Shown: positions 1-11,022, counted from the first letter of the stretch. The stretch is DNA of 64,000 nucleotides from an uncultured delta proteobacterium (GCA_963745035.1 CAVUVW010000013.1:1902398-1966397), one strand, 5' to 3'. Translations and numbers: made by a program. The notes: a model not told the origin generated them from the sequence alone.

Positions 1-270
1 GCGATGTTCAAGAGCGCCGACGGCGCGCGATCGTGGACGCGCATTACGAACGGCTTGGAGGACGATCTCGATTCCATGATCTGGGCGTTGGTCCACCACC
101 CGACGGATCATCGCGCGCTATTTGCGGGTTTCGGCAACGTCGCGCGCGGCCATGCATCAGGAGCCGGCGGCTCCGGCGATCTGATGATCAGCCGCGACCG
201 GGGCGAAAGCTGGGAAAGATTGGATATCGATCTGCCTGCCGATCGCGTACTCTGGGCGGCGGCGGACTAA
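1..270 (+). CDS. C-terminal part of a BNR/Asp-box beta-propeller protein (WD40/YVTN/BNR-like), truncated by the window edge
   Basis: Two Asp-box motifs SxDxGxxW (KSADGARSW, ISRDRGESW); stop at 268-270. Confidence 0.7.
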   Translation, partial: AMFKSADGARSWTRITNGLEDDLDSMIWALVHHPTDHRALFAGFGNVARGHASGAGGSGDLMISRDRGESWERLDIDLPADRVLWAAAD

Positions 271-289
271 TTAGGCGCTACGCGCTTCT

Positions 290-370
290 GTTCAAGCCGT
301 TCAAACAGTTCAAATCCTTAAAAACGTTTTGAATTTCCGCAACGGCTTGAACGTTTTGAACGACTTGAAA
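290..370. repeat. Intergenic imperfect inverted repeat built from TTCAA and TTGAA units
   Basis: ttcaagccgttcaaacagttcaaa ... ggcttgaacgttttgaacgacttgaa; the two halves are approximate reverse complements. Confidence 0.6.
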
Positions 371-392
371 GAAAAATGAGTGGAGCAGATGG

Positions 393-2307
393 ATGGCGAC
401 AATAGATTCTGACTACGGCAATTTCTTCCCGATTCAAAGAAAGACCCGGCTCCCCGGCGGTTACATGGGCAAGATCCTGCGCGTTGACATGACGACGGGA
501 AAACTCACGGATTTGAATCTTCCCGAAGAGCCGCAGCTGCGGAAATTTTGGGGCGGCCAGCTTTTTGCCGAGTACGTGCTGCTGAATGAGCTGCCGCTCG
601 ATGTCGATCCCTATGACGCCAAGAATGTCATCGTTGGAATGACGGGCCCGGTCACAGGAACCGGTTTTACCCCCGGCGGGACCAAGATGTGTTTCGTCTA
701 TCTGAGCCCTGCTACTTACCGCACCCTCGGCCGCGGCGCCACGAGCGGCTACTTGGGCACGTCGTTCAAAGCCGCCGGCTATGACGGCGTGATCGTGACC
801 GGCGCCGCGTCGTCACCGAAATATCTTTACATCGGCGAAGACAAAGTCGAACTGCGCGACGCGAGCAATGTTTGGGGCAAGGGCATCAGAGACACCGAAG
901 AGGCGCTGCGCAAGGAATCGGGCCACCAGGATGCGCGTATCGGCTGCATCGGCCCCGCCGGCGAAAATTTGATTCGCGCGGCGATGCTGGTCAACGATTA
1001 CAATCACACCGCCGCCCACGGTCTTGGGCGCGGTGATGGGATCGAAGAAACTCAAAGCTTTCGTCGCCTGGGGCACCAAGCGTCCGCGGCTGCACGACAA
1101 AACCCGGCTGATCGACGCCGGCGTGCGCTGGACGAAAGCCATCGCATCGCGAAAAACCACCGTGAAGAAACGGCTGACGAGCGTCGGTCATGGCGAGGAC
1201 TGGGGCGCGATCACGAAGCTCAACTGGCGCAGCACGATCATCACCGACGAAGCGAAAGGCCTGGACCAGAACCGTGTAACCCTTCGACCCTGCTTCCAGT
1301 GCCCGCGCATGTGCCCATGGGACGTGGAGATCGGCGAAGGACAGTTCAAGGGAAAGATCGGCCATTTCAACGCCGGCAGCGAGTGGATGGACACGTTTTA
1401 CAATTTGGGATTCAAAGGCAACGACGTTCTTTATCTTTCCGAGCGCATCAACGATCTCGGCATAGAATGCAGCCACTACGCCTGCGGCGCGGGCTTGGCG
1501 TTCGAAGCCTGGGAAAAAGGCGTGCTCGGCCCCGATCGCACCGACGGACTCAAATTGGAATGGGGCAATCTCGAAGCCGTCGAAACTTTGCTGGAACGCT
1601 GCGCGCGGCGTGAAACCTGGCTCGGCAATATCCTCGCGGACGGCCCCAAAGAGCTCGCCGAAGAGCTCGGCGGCGAAGCAAAAAATTGGGTGGTGCACAC
1701 GAAAGGCGGCACGCCGGCACAGCACGAGTGGCGTCCGTTGCTCAGCCAAATGCTCCGCGAACTGGTGGCAAGCGGCGGCATGAAACCGCAGGGAGCAGGC
1801 GGCACGGAACCGCCGGCCGATTTGCGCTACCGTGAAAAATGGGGACCGCTCGATACCAAGCAGCCGGACGGCTGGACCCATTCGCATCTGATCACCGAGC
1901 AGGTTCGCCAGGCCTGCGGAATCATGGGTGCATGCTGGTTCGCGCTCAACGACAAACCGCCGGACGGCGTGCAGAGCATGCTCGACGCGCTCAATGCGAC
2001 GACGGGATGGGACGTGAGTTTGGATGAATTGGTCGATGCCGGTCACCGCGCGATCATTTTGCAAAGCCTCTTCGGCACCCAGCGCGGCTGGATCGCCGAG
2101 CACGACTGGCAAGATGTCGGCCCGCGCTTCTTGGAGCCCATCCCGGACGGCAAATTCAAAGGGTTCACCATCGCGAAATGGCTGCCCGATTTAGTTTACG
2201 AGTATTATCGGATCTCCGGCCGTCATGAAAAAACCGGCAGGCCGTACATGGACACGCTGCAAAAACTCGGGTTGGAAGAGTTCAAAGAGTGGAGCCAACT
2301 GGACTGA
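393..2307 (+). CDS. Aldehyde:ferredoxin oxidoreductase family protein (W/Mo-pterin), split by a +1 frameshift near 1026
   Basis: GYMGKILRVD, AAGYDGVIVTG, CIGPAGEN in ORF 393; GAVMGSKKLKA and CxxCxxxC (CFQCPRMC) in ORF 1024; removing one G from ctt-ggg-cgc restores HGLGAVMGSKK. Confidence 0.9.
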
Positions 2308-2342
2308 GCCAAATTGCAGCGGGGAAATCAATTTCACTTGCA

Positions 2343-2409
2343 GTCGTTCCCGCGAAAGCGGGAACCCAGGCTTATTCCTAACCTAGACTCCCGCTTTCGC
2401 GGGAGTGAC
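2343..2409. repeat. REP-like paired palindrome (GTCRTTCCCGCGAAAGCGGGAA type)
   Basis: gtcgttcccgcgaaagcgggaaccc ... gactcccgctttcgcgggagtgac; two inverted copies of a GAAA-loop hairpin. Confidence 0.8.
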
Positions 2410-2425
2410 GATTCACGGAGCCGAC

Positions 2426-3422
2426 ATGATTCAACATAAATTCTTTCAGAGAGTTACTCTTATCTTAATTCTCGTTATATCGCTTTTCCTCATATCCCCG
2501 ATCCACGCTCAAAGCCTCAAAAAAGTGCGCATGGGAAGCTCCTCGACCAACGTCTCTTTCCTGGCGCTCTACACGGCCTTTCACCGCGGCTTTTTCAAGG
2601 ACGAGGGCATCGACCTGGAGATCATCTACATGCCCGCCAATCTCGCCAGCACCGCGGTATTGAACGGCGACGTGGACTATAACGGCGCGGTCACCGGAAC
2701 CATCGGCGCGGCCGTGCGCGGCCAGCCGATGAAAGTTCTGCTCTTTACCGTTGCAAAACCACTGCTTTTCCTGGTCAGTAAAAAAGACATCAAAGACATG
2801 AAACAACTGCAGGGGAAAGAAAGTCGCGGGCAGCTCGCCCGGCGGGTCGGCCACACTGATTGCCGACAAAGTGCTGAAGCACTATGGCTTGGACCCGGCA
2901 AAGGATGTCTCGCTCTTGCCCATGGGCGGCGCCGCGGCGAGCCGTTACGCGGTGCTCGAAACCGGCGTTGTTGATGCGTCGTTTCTATCCGTGCCGGAAA
3001 ACATCATCGCCCTCGAAAAGGGCTTCAATGAGCTGGTCTTCGCGGGAGATGTTGTCGAGTTTCCGCAGAACGGCTTCGGCACATCCGAGAAGAAACTCAA
3101 GGAGAATCCGGATGAGGTTTATCGCATGGTGCGCGCGACTCTGCGCGGCTTGCAGTTTGTCTGGGATCCCAACAATCGCGACGCCGTGACCAACGTCATG
3201 ATGAAGCAGTGGCGGGTGAATGATCGCAAGATGGCCGGGGAAATGTCGCGCCACGTAAATCGCGTGCTCACCAGGGACGCCTACGTAAAACCGGAATCGG
3301 TCCAGGTGCTCGTCGACCTCGCGCGCGAAAGCGCCAAGGTGACCAGGCCGGTCAGCGCCATGGATGTCGTCGACTACAGTTTCTTGGATAAGGCGAGGAA
3401 AGAGTTGGGAATGGTTCGATAG
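2426..3422 (+). CDS. ABC transporter substrate-binding protein, NMT1/SsuA/THI5 family, split by a +1 frameshift near 2816
   Basis: Signal peptide; GFFKDEGIDLEII; LNGDVDY; removing one A restores LQGKKVAGSSPGG, continuing into ORF 2871..3422. Confidence 0.85.
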
Positions 3423-3430
3423 TTCGGTGT

Positions 3431-4474
3431 TTAAAGCAGCGGATCGATAATGACTTTGATCGAATCCTGCCCGCTGGCGGTGAGCTGAAATCCCAACTCC
3501 GCCTGTGACAGCGGCAGCCTGTGGGTGACCATCTCGCCCACATTCACTTTGCGATCACGAATCAGTTCCAGCGATTCTCTCAAATCGTCGCCGCTGCCGG
3601 CGTAAGAAGTGATCACCGAAATTTCATCGCGCCAATAATCGAACAGCGGAATCGGCACATCGACGCCGGCCGCCGTCGGCGCGAAGAATAGCAAGGTGCC
3701 GCCGCGGTCGACCGACTTGGTCGCTTGCTGAATCGCCGGCATTGCTCCGGTGCAAACGATCACGACGTCCGCTGGTCGCCCTTTATTGAGATCGCGCACG
3801 CGCGCCGGCACATCCTCCGAGCCGTGCAGGGTCGCATGCGCGCCGAATCGAGCCGCCGCCTTCAGACGAAATTCGCTGATGTCGGTGGCGATGATGCGCG
3901 CCGCGCCCCGGGCGCGAGCAAGCTGAATGTGCAGCAAACCGGATATCCCGCTGCCGACTACAAGCACCGTTTGCCCAGGGCCGAGACCGGCAAAACGCTG
4001 CGCTCGGACTACGCAGGCGAGTGGCTCGATGAAGGAGCCTTCATCGAAGGTCACCGTATCAGGGATGCGCAAGGTCCCAAGCTCGACGTTAATCTTCGGC
4101 ACGCGGATATACTCGGCAAATCCTCCGGGATCGAAGTGCGTCGTGCGCAGCAGATCGCATACAGACTGGTGCCCTTCCAGGCAGTAGCGGCACTTACCGC
4201 AAGGGACATGATGCGAGGAAAACACCCGATCGCCCACTTTGAATCCCTCAACCCCGTTCCCCACCACGACCACTTCACCCGTAATCTCATGGCCCAAAAC
4301 AAGCGGCGCCTTTTTTATCCGGTACCACTCCATCAGATCGCTGCCGCAGATGCCGCTCGCGCGGGTGCGAATGAGTAGCTCTCCGGATCCGATACGCGGC
4401 ACGGGCAGCTCTTCGAGCCGCACGTCACGATTATTGTAGTACATCGCCACGCGCATCTTTGCTTGGTCTTCCAT
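3431..4474 (-). CDS. Zn-dependent medium-chain alcohol dehydrogenase (sorbitol/threonine dehydrogenase-like)
   Basis: GICGSD, LGHE, CGKCRYC..C, VVGSGISG motifs. Confidence 0.9.
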   Translation of the reverse strand: MEDQAKMRVAMYYNNRDVRLEELPVPRIGSGELLIRTRASGICGSDLMEWYRIKKAPLVLGHEITGEVVVVGNGVEGFKVGDRVFSSHHVPCGKCRYCLEGHQSVCDLLRTTHFDPGGFAEYIRVPKINVELGTLRIPDTVTFDEGSFIEPLACVVRAQRFAGLGPGQTVLVVGSGISGLLHIQLARARGAARIIATDISEFRLKAAARFGAHATLHGSEDVPARVRDLNKGRPADVVIVCTGAMPAIQQATKSVDRGGTLLFFAPTAAGVDVPIPLFDYWRDEISVITSYAGSGDDLRESLELIRDRKVNVGEMVTHRLPLSQAELGFQLTASGQDSIKVIIDPLL

Positions 4475-4556
4475 CGCCGGGAATTGAACCTGAGAGCTTT
4501 CGCCGTAGAGAGCAGGTGTTCCCGTTCTCTACGGCTCCTTGCGCTATGAAAAGATA

Positions 4557-5360
4557 CTAGCTGGCCTTCCGCGCCTTGGAGTTCTTTTCGCTTTCGTAGA
4601 TCTTGAAGGCCTCTTTCACAGAGACATTCTCATGCACGATCGCGCGCACCGCTTTGATCATGCCTACCGGTGAATCGGACTGGAAAATATTGCGGCCCAT
4701 GTCTACGCCGACGGCGCCGCCCTTCACCGAGTTGTACGTCAATTCGAGGGCCTCCATTTCAGGAGTCTTTTTGCCGCCGGCAACGATCACCGGAATCGGG
4801 CAGCTCTCGATGAGCTGTTCGAAGTCTTCGCAATAGTAGGTCTTGACGATATGCGCTCCCATTTCAGCGGCGATGCGGCAGGACAGTCCGAGATAGCGCA
4901 CGTCGCGCGCCATGTCTTTGCCTACGGCGGTTACGGCAAGCACGGGAATGCCGTATTTCTCGCCCTCATCGACGAGCTTCGCCAGGCTGACCAGAGTTTC
5001 TTTTTCGAACTCGGAGCCGACAAAGATCGACAGCGCCATGGCGGAAACGTTGAGACGAATGCAATCATCGATGGACACCGTGATGTCTTCGTTGGAAAGC
5101 TCCTTGAGAATGCTGGTGCCGCCCGAGACGCGAAGCACGACCGGTTTGTCGGCCTTGGCATCCACCGATGTTCGCAACACCCCGCGCGTGAGCATGATCG
5201 AATCCGCATGCGGTATTAAGGGCTCGATGGTTTTTCGCGGCTCCTCCAGCCCGCTCGTGGGGCCGAGAAAGTAGCCGTGATCCACCGCCAGCATGACCGC
5301 ACGGCCGTCGGACTTGATGATTCGCGCCAGCCGATTTGCCATTCCCCAATTCATGGACAT
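4557..5360 (-). CDS. lsrF: 3-hydroxy-5-phosphonooxypentane-2,4-dione thiolase LsrF (class I aldolase fold)
   Basis: MNWGMANRL, LAVDHGYFLGPTSGLE, HIVKTYY, GVDMGRNIFQS; GAGGAGG RBS. Confidence 0.88.
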   Translation of the reverse strand: MSMNWGMANRLARIIKSDGRAVMLAVDHGYFLGPTSGLEEPRKTIEPLIPHADSIMLTRGVLRTSVDAKADKPVVLRVSGGTSILKELSNEDITVSIDDCIRLNVSAMALSIFVGSEFEKETLVSLAKLVDEGEKYGIPVLAVTAVGKDMARDVRYLGLSCRIAAEMGAHIVKTYYCEDFEQLIESCPIPVIVAGGKKTPEMEALELTYNSVKGGAVGVDMGRNIFQSDSPVGMIKAVRAIVHENVSVKEAFKIYESEKNSKARKAS

Positions 5361-5499
5361 ATTGGACCTCCTCAATTGTAAGTCGAATTTCGTGAGAAGT
5401 TATCAAAAATCCTGTCGATTGTTAACCTACACAAGGGGAAATGAAAGAACGCTGCGGCAATGCCGCATTGCCGCGTCGAAGAAGCATGGATGGGAAGAT

Positions 5500-6381
5500 T
5501 TACGAAAAGCCGCGCGCCGGCGCCGCCGGCTTGTTCAGCAAGAGCCAAACGTATCTCGCGCCAAGGCCGGCGACAATCATGGCGCTGCCGATGAGGGTCG
5601 CGCTCGAGGGAATCTCGTCAACCGCCAAAGCAACCCAGATCGGATTGAGCACCGGCTCGATCAAAGCGATCAGCGAAGCTTCCTGCAAAGAAACGCTCTG
5701 CAATCCCTTGGAAAAAAGAAAATAGGGCAAACCGAGCTGCACCGATCCCATGACCGCAAGAATAACGAGCTGCGGCAAGGTGAGCTCCAGATCCGAGCTC
5801 ACGACGAGTAAAAGCGCCAGTGCGCAGAATGCGTTGTTGATCCAGGTGAGATAAATCGGATGCACCTCGCGGGTTCGTCGCAGATTGATCATGTAAGCGG
5901 CAAACAGCGCGCCGCTAAAAAGCGCCAGCGCGACGCCCGCCATTTCCGGTTCTCCGACGCTGTCGAAGGAAATCACCGTCACTCCGGCCATTCCCGCCGC
6001 AAGGGTGAGCCAATTGAGCCGCGTGATATTTTCGCCCAGCGCCATCCGCGAAAAGAGAAACACGAAGATCGGCGCCGTATACTGGAGCACGATGGCGTTG
6101 GCCGCGCTGGTCAGCTTGTTGGCGGCAACGAACGCGCTGATCGCCGCCGTGTAGGTCAGCACCGAGACGAGCACCGGTCCGTTGATGCGCCATTCGGCGC
6201 GGCGCACAAAGGGAGTGAAAACCAGGAACGCAAACAGGCTCCGGTAAAATACGATCGTGAGCGGCGGCACGTCGAGAAACTTGATGAATACGCCGGCGAG
6301 GCTCCACAGGCAGGCAGCCGCGAGGATCAACATCCGGCCGCGGGTGATACTTTGCTGCGGGAGATCGGCAGGTTCTAGCAT
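5500..6381 (-). CDS. DMT/EamA family transporter
   Basis: About 10 hydrophobic segments; ANAIVLQYTAPIFV, LIEPVLNPIWV; start codon uncertain. Confidence 0.85.
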   Translation of the reverse strand: MLEPADLPQQSITRGRMLILAAACLWSLAGVFIKFLDVPPLTIVFYRSLFAFLVFTPFVRRAEWRINGPVLVSVLTYTAAISAFVAANKLTSAANAIVLQYTAPIFVFLFSRMALGENITRLNWLTLAAGMAGVTVISFDSVGEPEMAGVALALFSGALFAAYMINLRRTREVHPIYLTWINNAFCALALLLVVSSDLELTLPQLVILAVMGSVQLGLPYFLFSKGLQSVSLQEASLIALIEPVLNPIWVALAVDEIPSSATLIGSAMIVAGLGARYVWLLLNKPAAPARGFS

Positions 6382-6549
6382 TCGCCCGGCTCCACGCGCG
6401 GCGGGGAGGGCGCGGAGCAACCCGCCTGCTGAACCGGCGCGTGCAGTGAAATCTCGTCGCTCCGCCGCTTGCGGCAAGGCGCATAAAGAAAAAATGGGAT
6501 GAGAGCATTTGCCCTCATCCCATTCGAGGCTCTGATTGCGGCAAAAATC

Positions 6550-6996
6550 TTAGCTCTCGGAGACCACCGAGACTTTAAGCGGCACGGTAAGATCGGCGGA
6601 GAGCCGCACCGGCACTTCATGTTCTCCGGCGGTCTTGATGGGCTCGTTCAGATGAATCTTGCGGCGGTCCACGTCAATGCCTTTTGCCTTGAGCGCCTTT
6701 TCGATCTGGATGTTCGTCACCGACCCGAAGAGCCGGCCCTCTTCGCCGACCTTCATTGGGATCGTCAGCGCTACGCCGTTCAACTGCTCGGCGACCGATT
6801 GCGCCTGACGCAGAAATTTCTGCTTTTGATCCCCGACAACTTTCTTGTGGTGCTCGTAGGTCCTGAGATTTTTCTTGTTGGCGAGCAGCACGAGCCCGCG
6901 CGGGAGCAAGTAATTGCGCGCGTAACCATCGCGCACGCGCACGACTTCGCCGATTTTGCCAAGGTTGGCGATGTCTTCCTTCAATATAACTTCCAT
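6550..6996 (-). CDS. rplI: 50S ribosomal protein L9
   Basis: MEVILKEDIANLG..V.VRDGYARNYLLP; LFGSVT. Confidence 0.97.
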   Translation of the reverse strand: MEVILKEDIANLGKIGEVVRVRDGYARNYLLPRGLVLLANKKNLRTYEHHKKVVGDQKQKFLRQAQSVAEQLNGVALTIPMKVGEEGRLFGSVTNIQIEKALKAKGIDVDRRKIHLNEPIKTAGEHEVPVRLSADLTVPLKVSVVSES

Positions 6997-7006
6997 CATG
7001 CCTCCG

Positions 7007-7960
7007 CTACGCCGCCTGGCTCGGCGTGAGCTTGTCCTTGCCCAAGCGGCGAAAATCGCCCCATAGGTCGAACAGACCCAGGCCGACCACCAGCAGCGTA
7101 AATATTTGCTGAAAGATGATCAACACGTACGTGAGCCCGCGCAAAAAACGCGGCACGTTGTTCTTGTTGAAAAAGTAAGCGATCACCGCCAATCCCTGAG
7201 CAAAGTAGCAGGCGCCGATCACCACTAGGAGGTTCAGCGCCACCGCGCCGAGCAATCCCGCGCCCGGCAGGAACAAGACGAACCCGCAGGCAATCAGCCC
7301 CCAGACCAGCGGCTCAGGGGTCTTCCATTCGCGCAGATTGGGCAGCGAAAACCACTCGCCGCGCCGCTCCGGAAAGCGCCGCCCGAGGTAGAGAATATTA
7401 ATCAGCACGATGAACGCGAAGCTCAACAGGAGCAGCGCCGGTAAAAGCCGCAGCATCATTTCGACGATTTGCGGCGCCTGATCCTTGAGCATGGACACGC
7501 TGTCCGCCGGCAATCCCATCTTCTCCTGCAGCCGTACCGCGGAGTCGAGCTGCTGGGTCATGCCCGCCCGCAAATCTTGAAACATCGACGCCCACGATCC
7601 GAAAAAGTAATACGAGAGTCCGGCGGTAACCGACAGCATGACGGCGGCGGCGGCGCCTACCAGATACTCCACCGCTCGGATGCGTCCCAGCAAGCCGAGC
7701 AACAAACCCGCCATCACGGCGAATACGCCGTAGATGAAGGCCAGCTCTTGGGCGGCAAAAACAAAAAGCAGCAAGAATGCGGCGGCGAGCACGCCGAGGC
7801 CGGCAGCGATCCCATACTTGAAGCCGAACAGCAGCACGGGTTGGGGCACGAACGGCAGGAGAACGACGCCCAACGGCGGCAGGCTCACACCGCTCATGAA
7901 CAGAAAAACGCTCGAAGCCAAAGCCAAAAAAAACTTGCTCGTGACTTCCACCCGCTGCAT
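7007..7960 (-). CDS. YybS/DUF2232 family membrane protein
   Basis: Polytopic membrane protein ending GLFDLWGDFRR, located between rpsR and rplI. Confidence 0.85.
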   Translation of the reverse strand: MQRVEVTSKFFLALASSVFLFMSGVSLPPLGVVLLPFVPQPVLLFGFKYGIAAGLGVLAAAFLLLFVFAAQELAFIYGVFAVMAGLLLGLLGRIRAVEYLVGAAAAVMLSVTAGLSYYFFGSWASMFQDLRAGMTQQLDSAVRLQEKMGLPADSVSMLKDQAPQIVEMMLRLLPALLLLSFAFIVLINILYLGRRFPERRGEWFSLPNLREWKTPEPLVWGLIACGFVLFLPGAGLLGAVALNLLVVIGACYFAQGLAVIAYFFNKNNVPRFLRGLTYVLIIFQQIFTLLVVGLGLFDLWGDFRRLGKDKLTPSQAA

Positions 7961-7983
7961 GAGAATGGACCCGGCGAAAAGCG

Positions 7984-8277
7984 CTAGTTCTTGGCGGTGG
8001 TGAACGGCAGCAGCGCCACGCTGCGCGCCCGCTTAATGGCGACGGTGAGCAACCGTTGGTGCCCGGCGCAGTTTCCCGTGATCCGGCTCGGCGTCATCTT
8101 GCCCCGTTCGGTGACGAACTGAGTTATCATCCGCAAGTCTTTGTAATCAATCCGCAGCGTTTTGTCGGCGCAAAAACGGCACACCTTGCGCCGAAACATC
8201 GGCCGGCGGCGTGGCCCCCCCTTGTCCTCGTCCGATCTTTCCCGCGGAGGCCTCGGGCCTCGTTCCATCTGTGCCAT
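7984..8277 (-). CDS. rpsR: 30S ribosomal protein S18 (Zn-binding type)
   Basis: [26 protein letters not shown]. Confidence 0.97.
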   Translation of the reverse strand: MAQMERGPRPPRERSDEDKGGPRRRPMFRRKVCRFCADKTLRIDYKDLRMITQFVTERGKMTPSRITGNCAGHQRLLTVAIKRARSVALLPFTTAKN

Positions 8278-8376
8278 CGATTGCTCTACCTCTTATTTCA
8301 ATTCCAAGTGTGCCTGTAATAATCTTTTAGTAATCTTTACTTTGCAGTTTTACCGACACGATGCGGCCCGCTCCGC

Positions 8377-8757
8377 TTACGCCGTAGGTTCGACCTTTGC
8401 GCCTTCTCGTTCGCCGGAATGGCGCGGCTCTTCGCCATGCGGCCGGGGCGCCGCGGGATTGGTGATCGCGCTCTCGTCCTCGCAGCGCACGGTCAAATAG
8501 CGCAAGATACCGTCGGTCAACTTGAGGTTACGCTCCAGCTCCTCCACGGCCCGTCCCGTCGCCCGGTAACGGAGCAGCGTGTAATGGCCTCTACCCTGCT
8601 TTTCGATCTTGTAAGCGAGGTCGCGCATGCCCCATTCATCGACTTGGGACATCGTACCTTCTTGGCCTTCGATCACTTTTTTAAATCTCTCGATAAATTC
8701 CTTTATTCGCGGCGCCTTTTCCGGGTGAACCACGAACAGGGTTTCGTATAGAGTCAC
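8377..8757 (-). CDS. rpsF: 30S ribosomal protein S6
   Basis: YETLFVVHP, DEWGMRDLAYKIEK, ILRYLTVR; likely GTG start at 8757 after GGAGGG. Confidence 0.95.
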   Translation of the reverse strand: MTLYETLFVVHPEKAPRIKEFIERFKKVIEGQEGTMSQVDEWGMRDLAYKIEKQGRGHYTLLRYRATGRAVEELERNLKLTDGILRYLTVRCEDESAITNPAAPRPHGEEPRHSGEREGAKVEPTA

Positions 8758-8817
8758 GGCCTGATTACCCTCCACAATAAGTTTTCCTGTCTAACATAGC
8801 CCCTGCGGGTTTACAAT

Positions 8818-9390
8818 TCATGCCCGGTTGTAGATCGCCATGGTCCGATCGACGCCATCGCGCAACAGGCAACCGATGGAATCGGCGGCGCGCGCGATGA
8901 TATCGCTTAGCTGCTCGAGCTCTGGAGCGGTGAATGCTTCGAGAACGTAGTCCGTCGCCTCGCACCCTTCAGGCGGCCGGCCTATGCCCACGCGCACGCG
9001 CAGAAATTGCGCGCCCGCCAACTCCTCGCTGATCGAGCTCAAGCCGCGATGTCCGCCGGCGCTACCGCTCGGACGCACGCGAATGCGGCCGAAGGGCAAA
9101 TCCAGATCATCGTTGATCACCACCAGATCATCGGTCGCAATGGCGCATGCGCGCAGCAGAGCTCCAACCGCTTGACCACTCCGGTTCATGTAGGTTTGCG
9201 GCTTGGCGAGCATCACACTTTCGCCCTCGATCGTTCCTTCGCCCACCAAGGCATCGCAAAGTCTTTGCCCGAGCGCAATGCGGTTTTGCGCTGCGAGCCG
9301 ATCAATGACGAGGAACCCTAAATTATGACGCGTCGGCTCATATCGCGCCCCAGGATTGCCCAGGCCAACGATCAATTTCACCGCTGACAA
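8818..9390 (-). CDS. pth: Peptidyl-tRNA hydrolase
   Basis: LIVGLGNPG, TRHNLGF, KPQTYMNRSG, GGHRGL. Confidence 0.97.
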   Translation of the reverse strand: MSAVKLIVGLGNPGARYEPTRHNLGFLVIDRLAAQNRIALGQRLCDALVGEGTIEGESVMLAKPQTYMNRSGQAVGALLRACAIATDDLVVINDDLDLPFGRIRVRPSGSAGGHRGLSSISEELAGAQFLRVRVGIGRPPEGCEATDYVLEAFTAPELEQLSDIIARAADSIGCLLRDGVDRTMAIYNRA

Positions 9391-9407
9391 ACCGCCAAGT
9401 CACCCGA

Positions 9408-10061
9408 TTACGACTCTTTTTCCTTGGTCGCTTCGGCCGGCGCTGCCGCAGGCGCCGCTACCGCTCCTTCGACCGGCTCTGGCGCGGCGGGGGCTTCCTC
9501 AACCGTCGGCGGCACCACCGCTACCAAGGCCTGATCGGCCTCGGAAACCGCGGTCACGCCCGCGGGCATGGTCAATTCTTCGATATGCACGGAATCGCCG
9601 ATATCGAGCGCGCTCACGTCCACATTGAAAAACTCCGGAATGTCGAGAGGCAGACATTCCACTTCGATCTCTCGGACAATCGGCTGGAGAATGCCGCCGC
9701 GCACAACTCCGGCCGCCTTACCGATGAAGTGAAGCGGCACACGAACTGTGATTTTGGCGGTGAGATCGACCTCGTAGAGGTCGGCATGAATCACGCCGCC
9801 GCTGATCGGGTGATACTGCATTTCCTTCACCAGCGCGACCTTCTCAGCCAAGCTCGGCGCTGCCGATTTCAAGCGCACCAAGTGAGAGCCCTCCAGGCCG
9901 GCAACGCGGCTCGTGAACTCGCGCTGATCCAACGCCAAGGCTACCGCTTCGGTTTTGGGGCCGTAAAGCACGGCGGGGATCTTGCCGCTGCGCAGCAGTC
10001 GCTTGGCGTCGCGTTTGCGCTGCTTGTCGCGCGCGTCCACTCGTATTTCTAGCGTTTCCAA
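9408..10061 (-). CDS. rplY: 50S ribosomal protein L25/Ctc
   Basis: LRSGKIPAVLYG, HADLY, LDIGDSVHI. Confidence 0.95.
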   Translation of the reverse strand: METLEIRVDARDKQRKRDAKRLLRSGKIPAVLYGPKTEAVALALDQREFTSRVAGLEGSHLVRLKSAAPSLAEKVALVKEMQYHPISGGVIHADLYEVDLTAKITVRVPLHFIGKAAGVVRGGILQPIVREIEVECLPLDIPEFFNVDVSALDIGDSVHIEELTMPAGVTAVSEADQALVAVVPPTVEEAPAAPEPVEGAVAAPAAAPAEATKEKES

Positions 10062-10080
10062 GGAACACTACCTCCTGGTC

Positions 10081-11022
10081 TTAGACGAATAATGAGCTGA
10101 TGGATTCTTCTTCATGGGTGCGGCGAATCGCTTCGCCGATCAAATGCGCCACCGACAACGTTCGAATCTTCCGGCAACCCTGCGCCCGCGGCCCGAGCGG
10201 AATCGTGTTCGTCACGATCAGCTCTTCGAGCGGGCATTCTTCGATGCGCTCGATGGCAGGGCCGGAAAGCACCGCGTGGGTGCAGCAGCCGAGAATGCGC
10301 GACGCGCCTTCCTTTTTGAGCGCCTCCGCAGCCAACGTCAAGGTTCCGGCGGTATCGACCATATCGTCGATGAGAATGGCGATGCGCTCCTGCACGTCGC
10401 CGATGATGTTCATTTCGGCGACCACGTTGGGGCCCGCTCGCCGTTTATCGATAATCGCGAGAGAAGCATCCAGCCGCGTAGCGATGGCGCGCGCGCGCTC
10501 CACGCCGCCGGCGTCCGGTGAGACGATGGCAACCTCGTTATGGTCTAGTTGCTTCTTCAAGTATTCCAGCAGGACCGGAGTGGCGTACACGTTATCGACG
10601 GGAATGTCGAAAAATCCCTGAATCTGTCCCGAATGAAGGTCCATGGTGAGCATGCGCGACGCGCCGGCGGTGGTAATCAAGTCGGCGACCAGCTTGGCGC
10701 TGATCGGCACCCGCGGGACGACCTTTCGATCCTGGCGAGCATAGCCGTAGTACGGAATGACCGCCGTGATGCGCATCGCCGAGGCGCGCTTGAACGCGTC
10801 GAGCATGAGCAAAAGCTCCATAAGATTGTTGTTTCCGGGCGCCGACGTCGATTGCAGCACAAACACGTCCGCGCCCCGGACATTTTCTTTGATCTCGACC
10901 TTGCTCTCGCCGTCGCTGAAGGTTTCCACCACAGCCTTGCCCAACGGCAGCTTGAGATATTGGCTGATTGCCGCGGCCAAAGGCGGATTGGAATTGCCGG
11001 CAAATATTTTTAATTCGGCCAT
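10081..11022 (-). CDS. prs: Ribose-phosphate pyrophosphokinase
   Basis: FSDGE, PYYGYARQDRK, VSPDAGGVERA, DDMVDTAGT. Confidence 0.98.
   Translation of the reverse strand: MAELKIFAGNSNPPLAAAISQYLKLPLGKAVVETFSDGESKVEIKENVRGADVFVLQSTSAPGNNNLMELLLMLDAFKRASAMRITAVIPYYGYARQDRKVVPRVPISAKLVADLITTAGASRMLTMDLHSGQIQGFFDIPVDNVYATPVLLEYLKKQLDHNEVAIVSPDAGGVERARAIATRLDASLAIIDKRRAGPNVVAEMNIIGDVQERIAILIDDMVDTAGTLTLAAEALKKEGASRILGCCTHAVLSGPAIERIEECPLEELIVTNTIPLGPRAQGCRKIRTLSVAHLIGEAIRRTHEEESISSLFV

Noticed and set aside
3431-5360. lsrF as evidence of an AI-2 quorum-sensing system
   Set aside because: No lsrK, lsrR, lsrG or lsrACDB nearby; stand-alone lsrF with a dehydrogenase suggests sugar metabolism.
7984-8757. 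No ssb/priB between rpsF and rpsR
   Set aside because: A common arrangement in many lineages.
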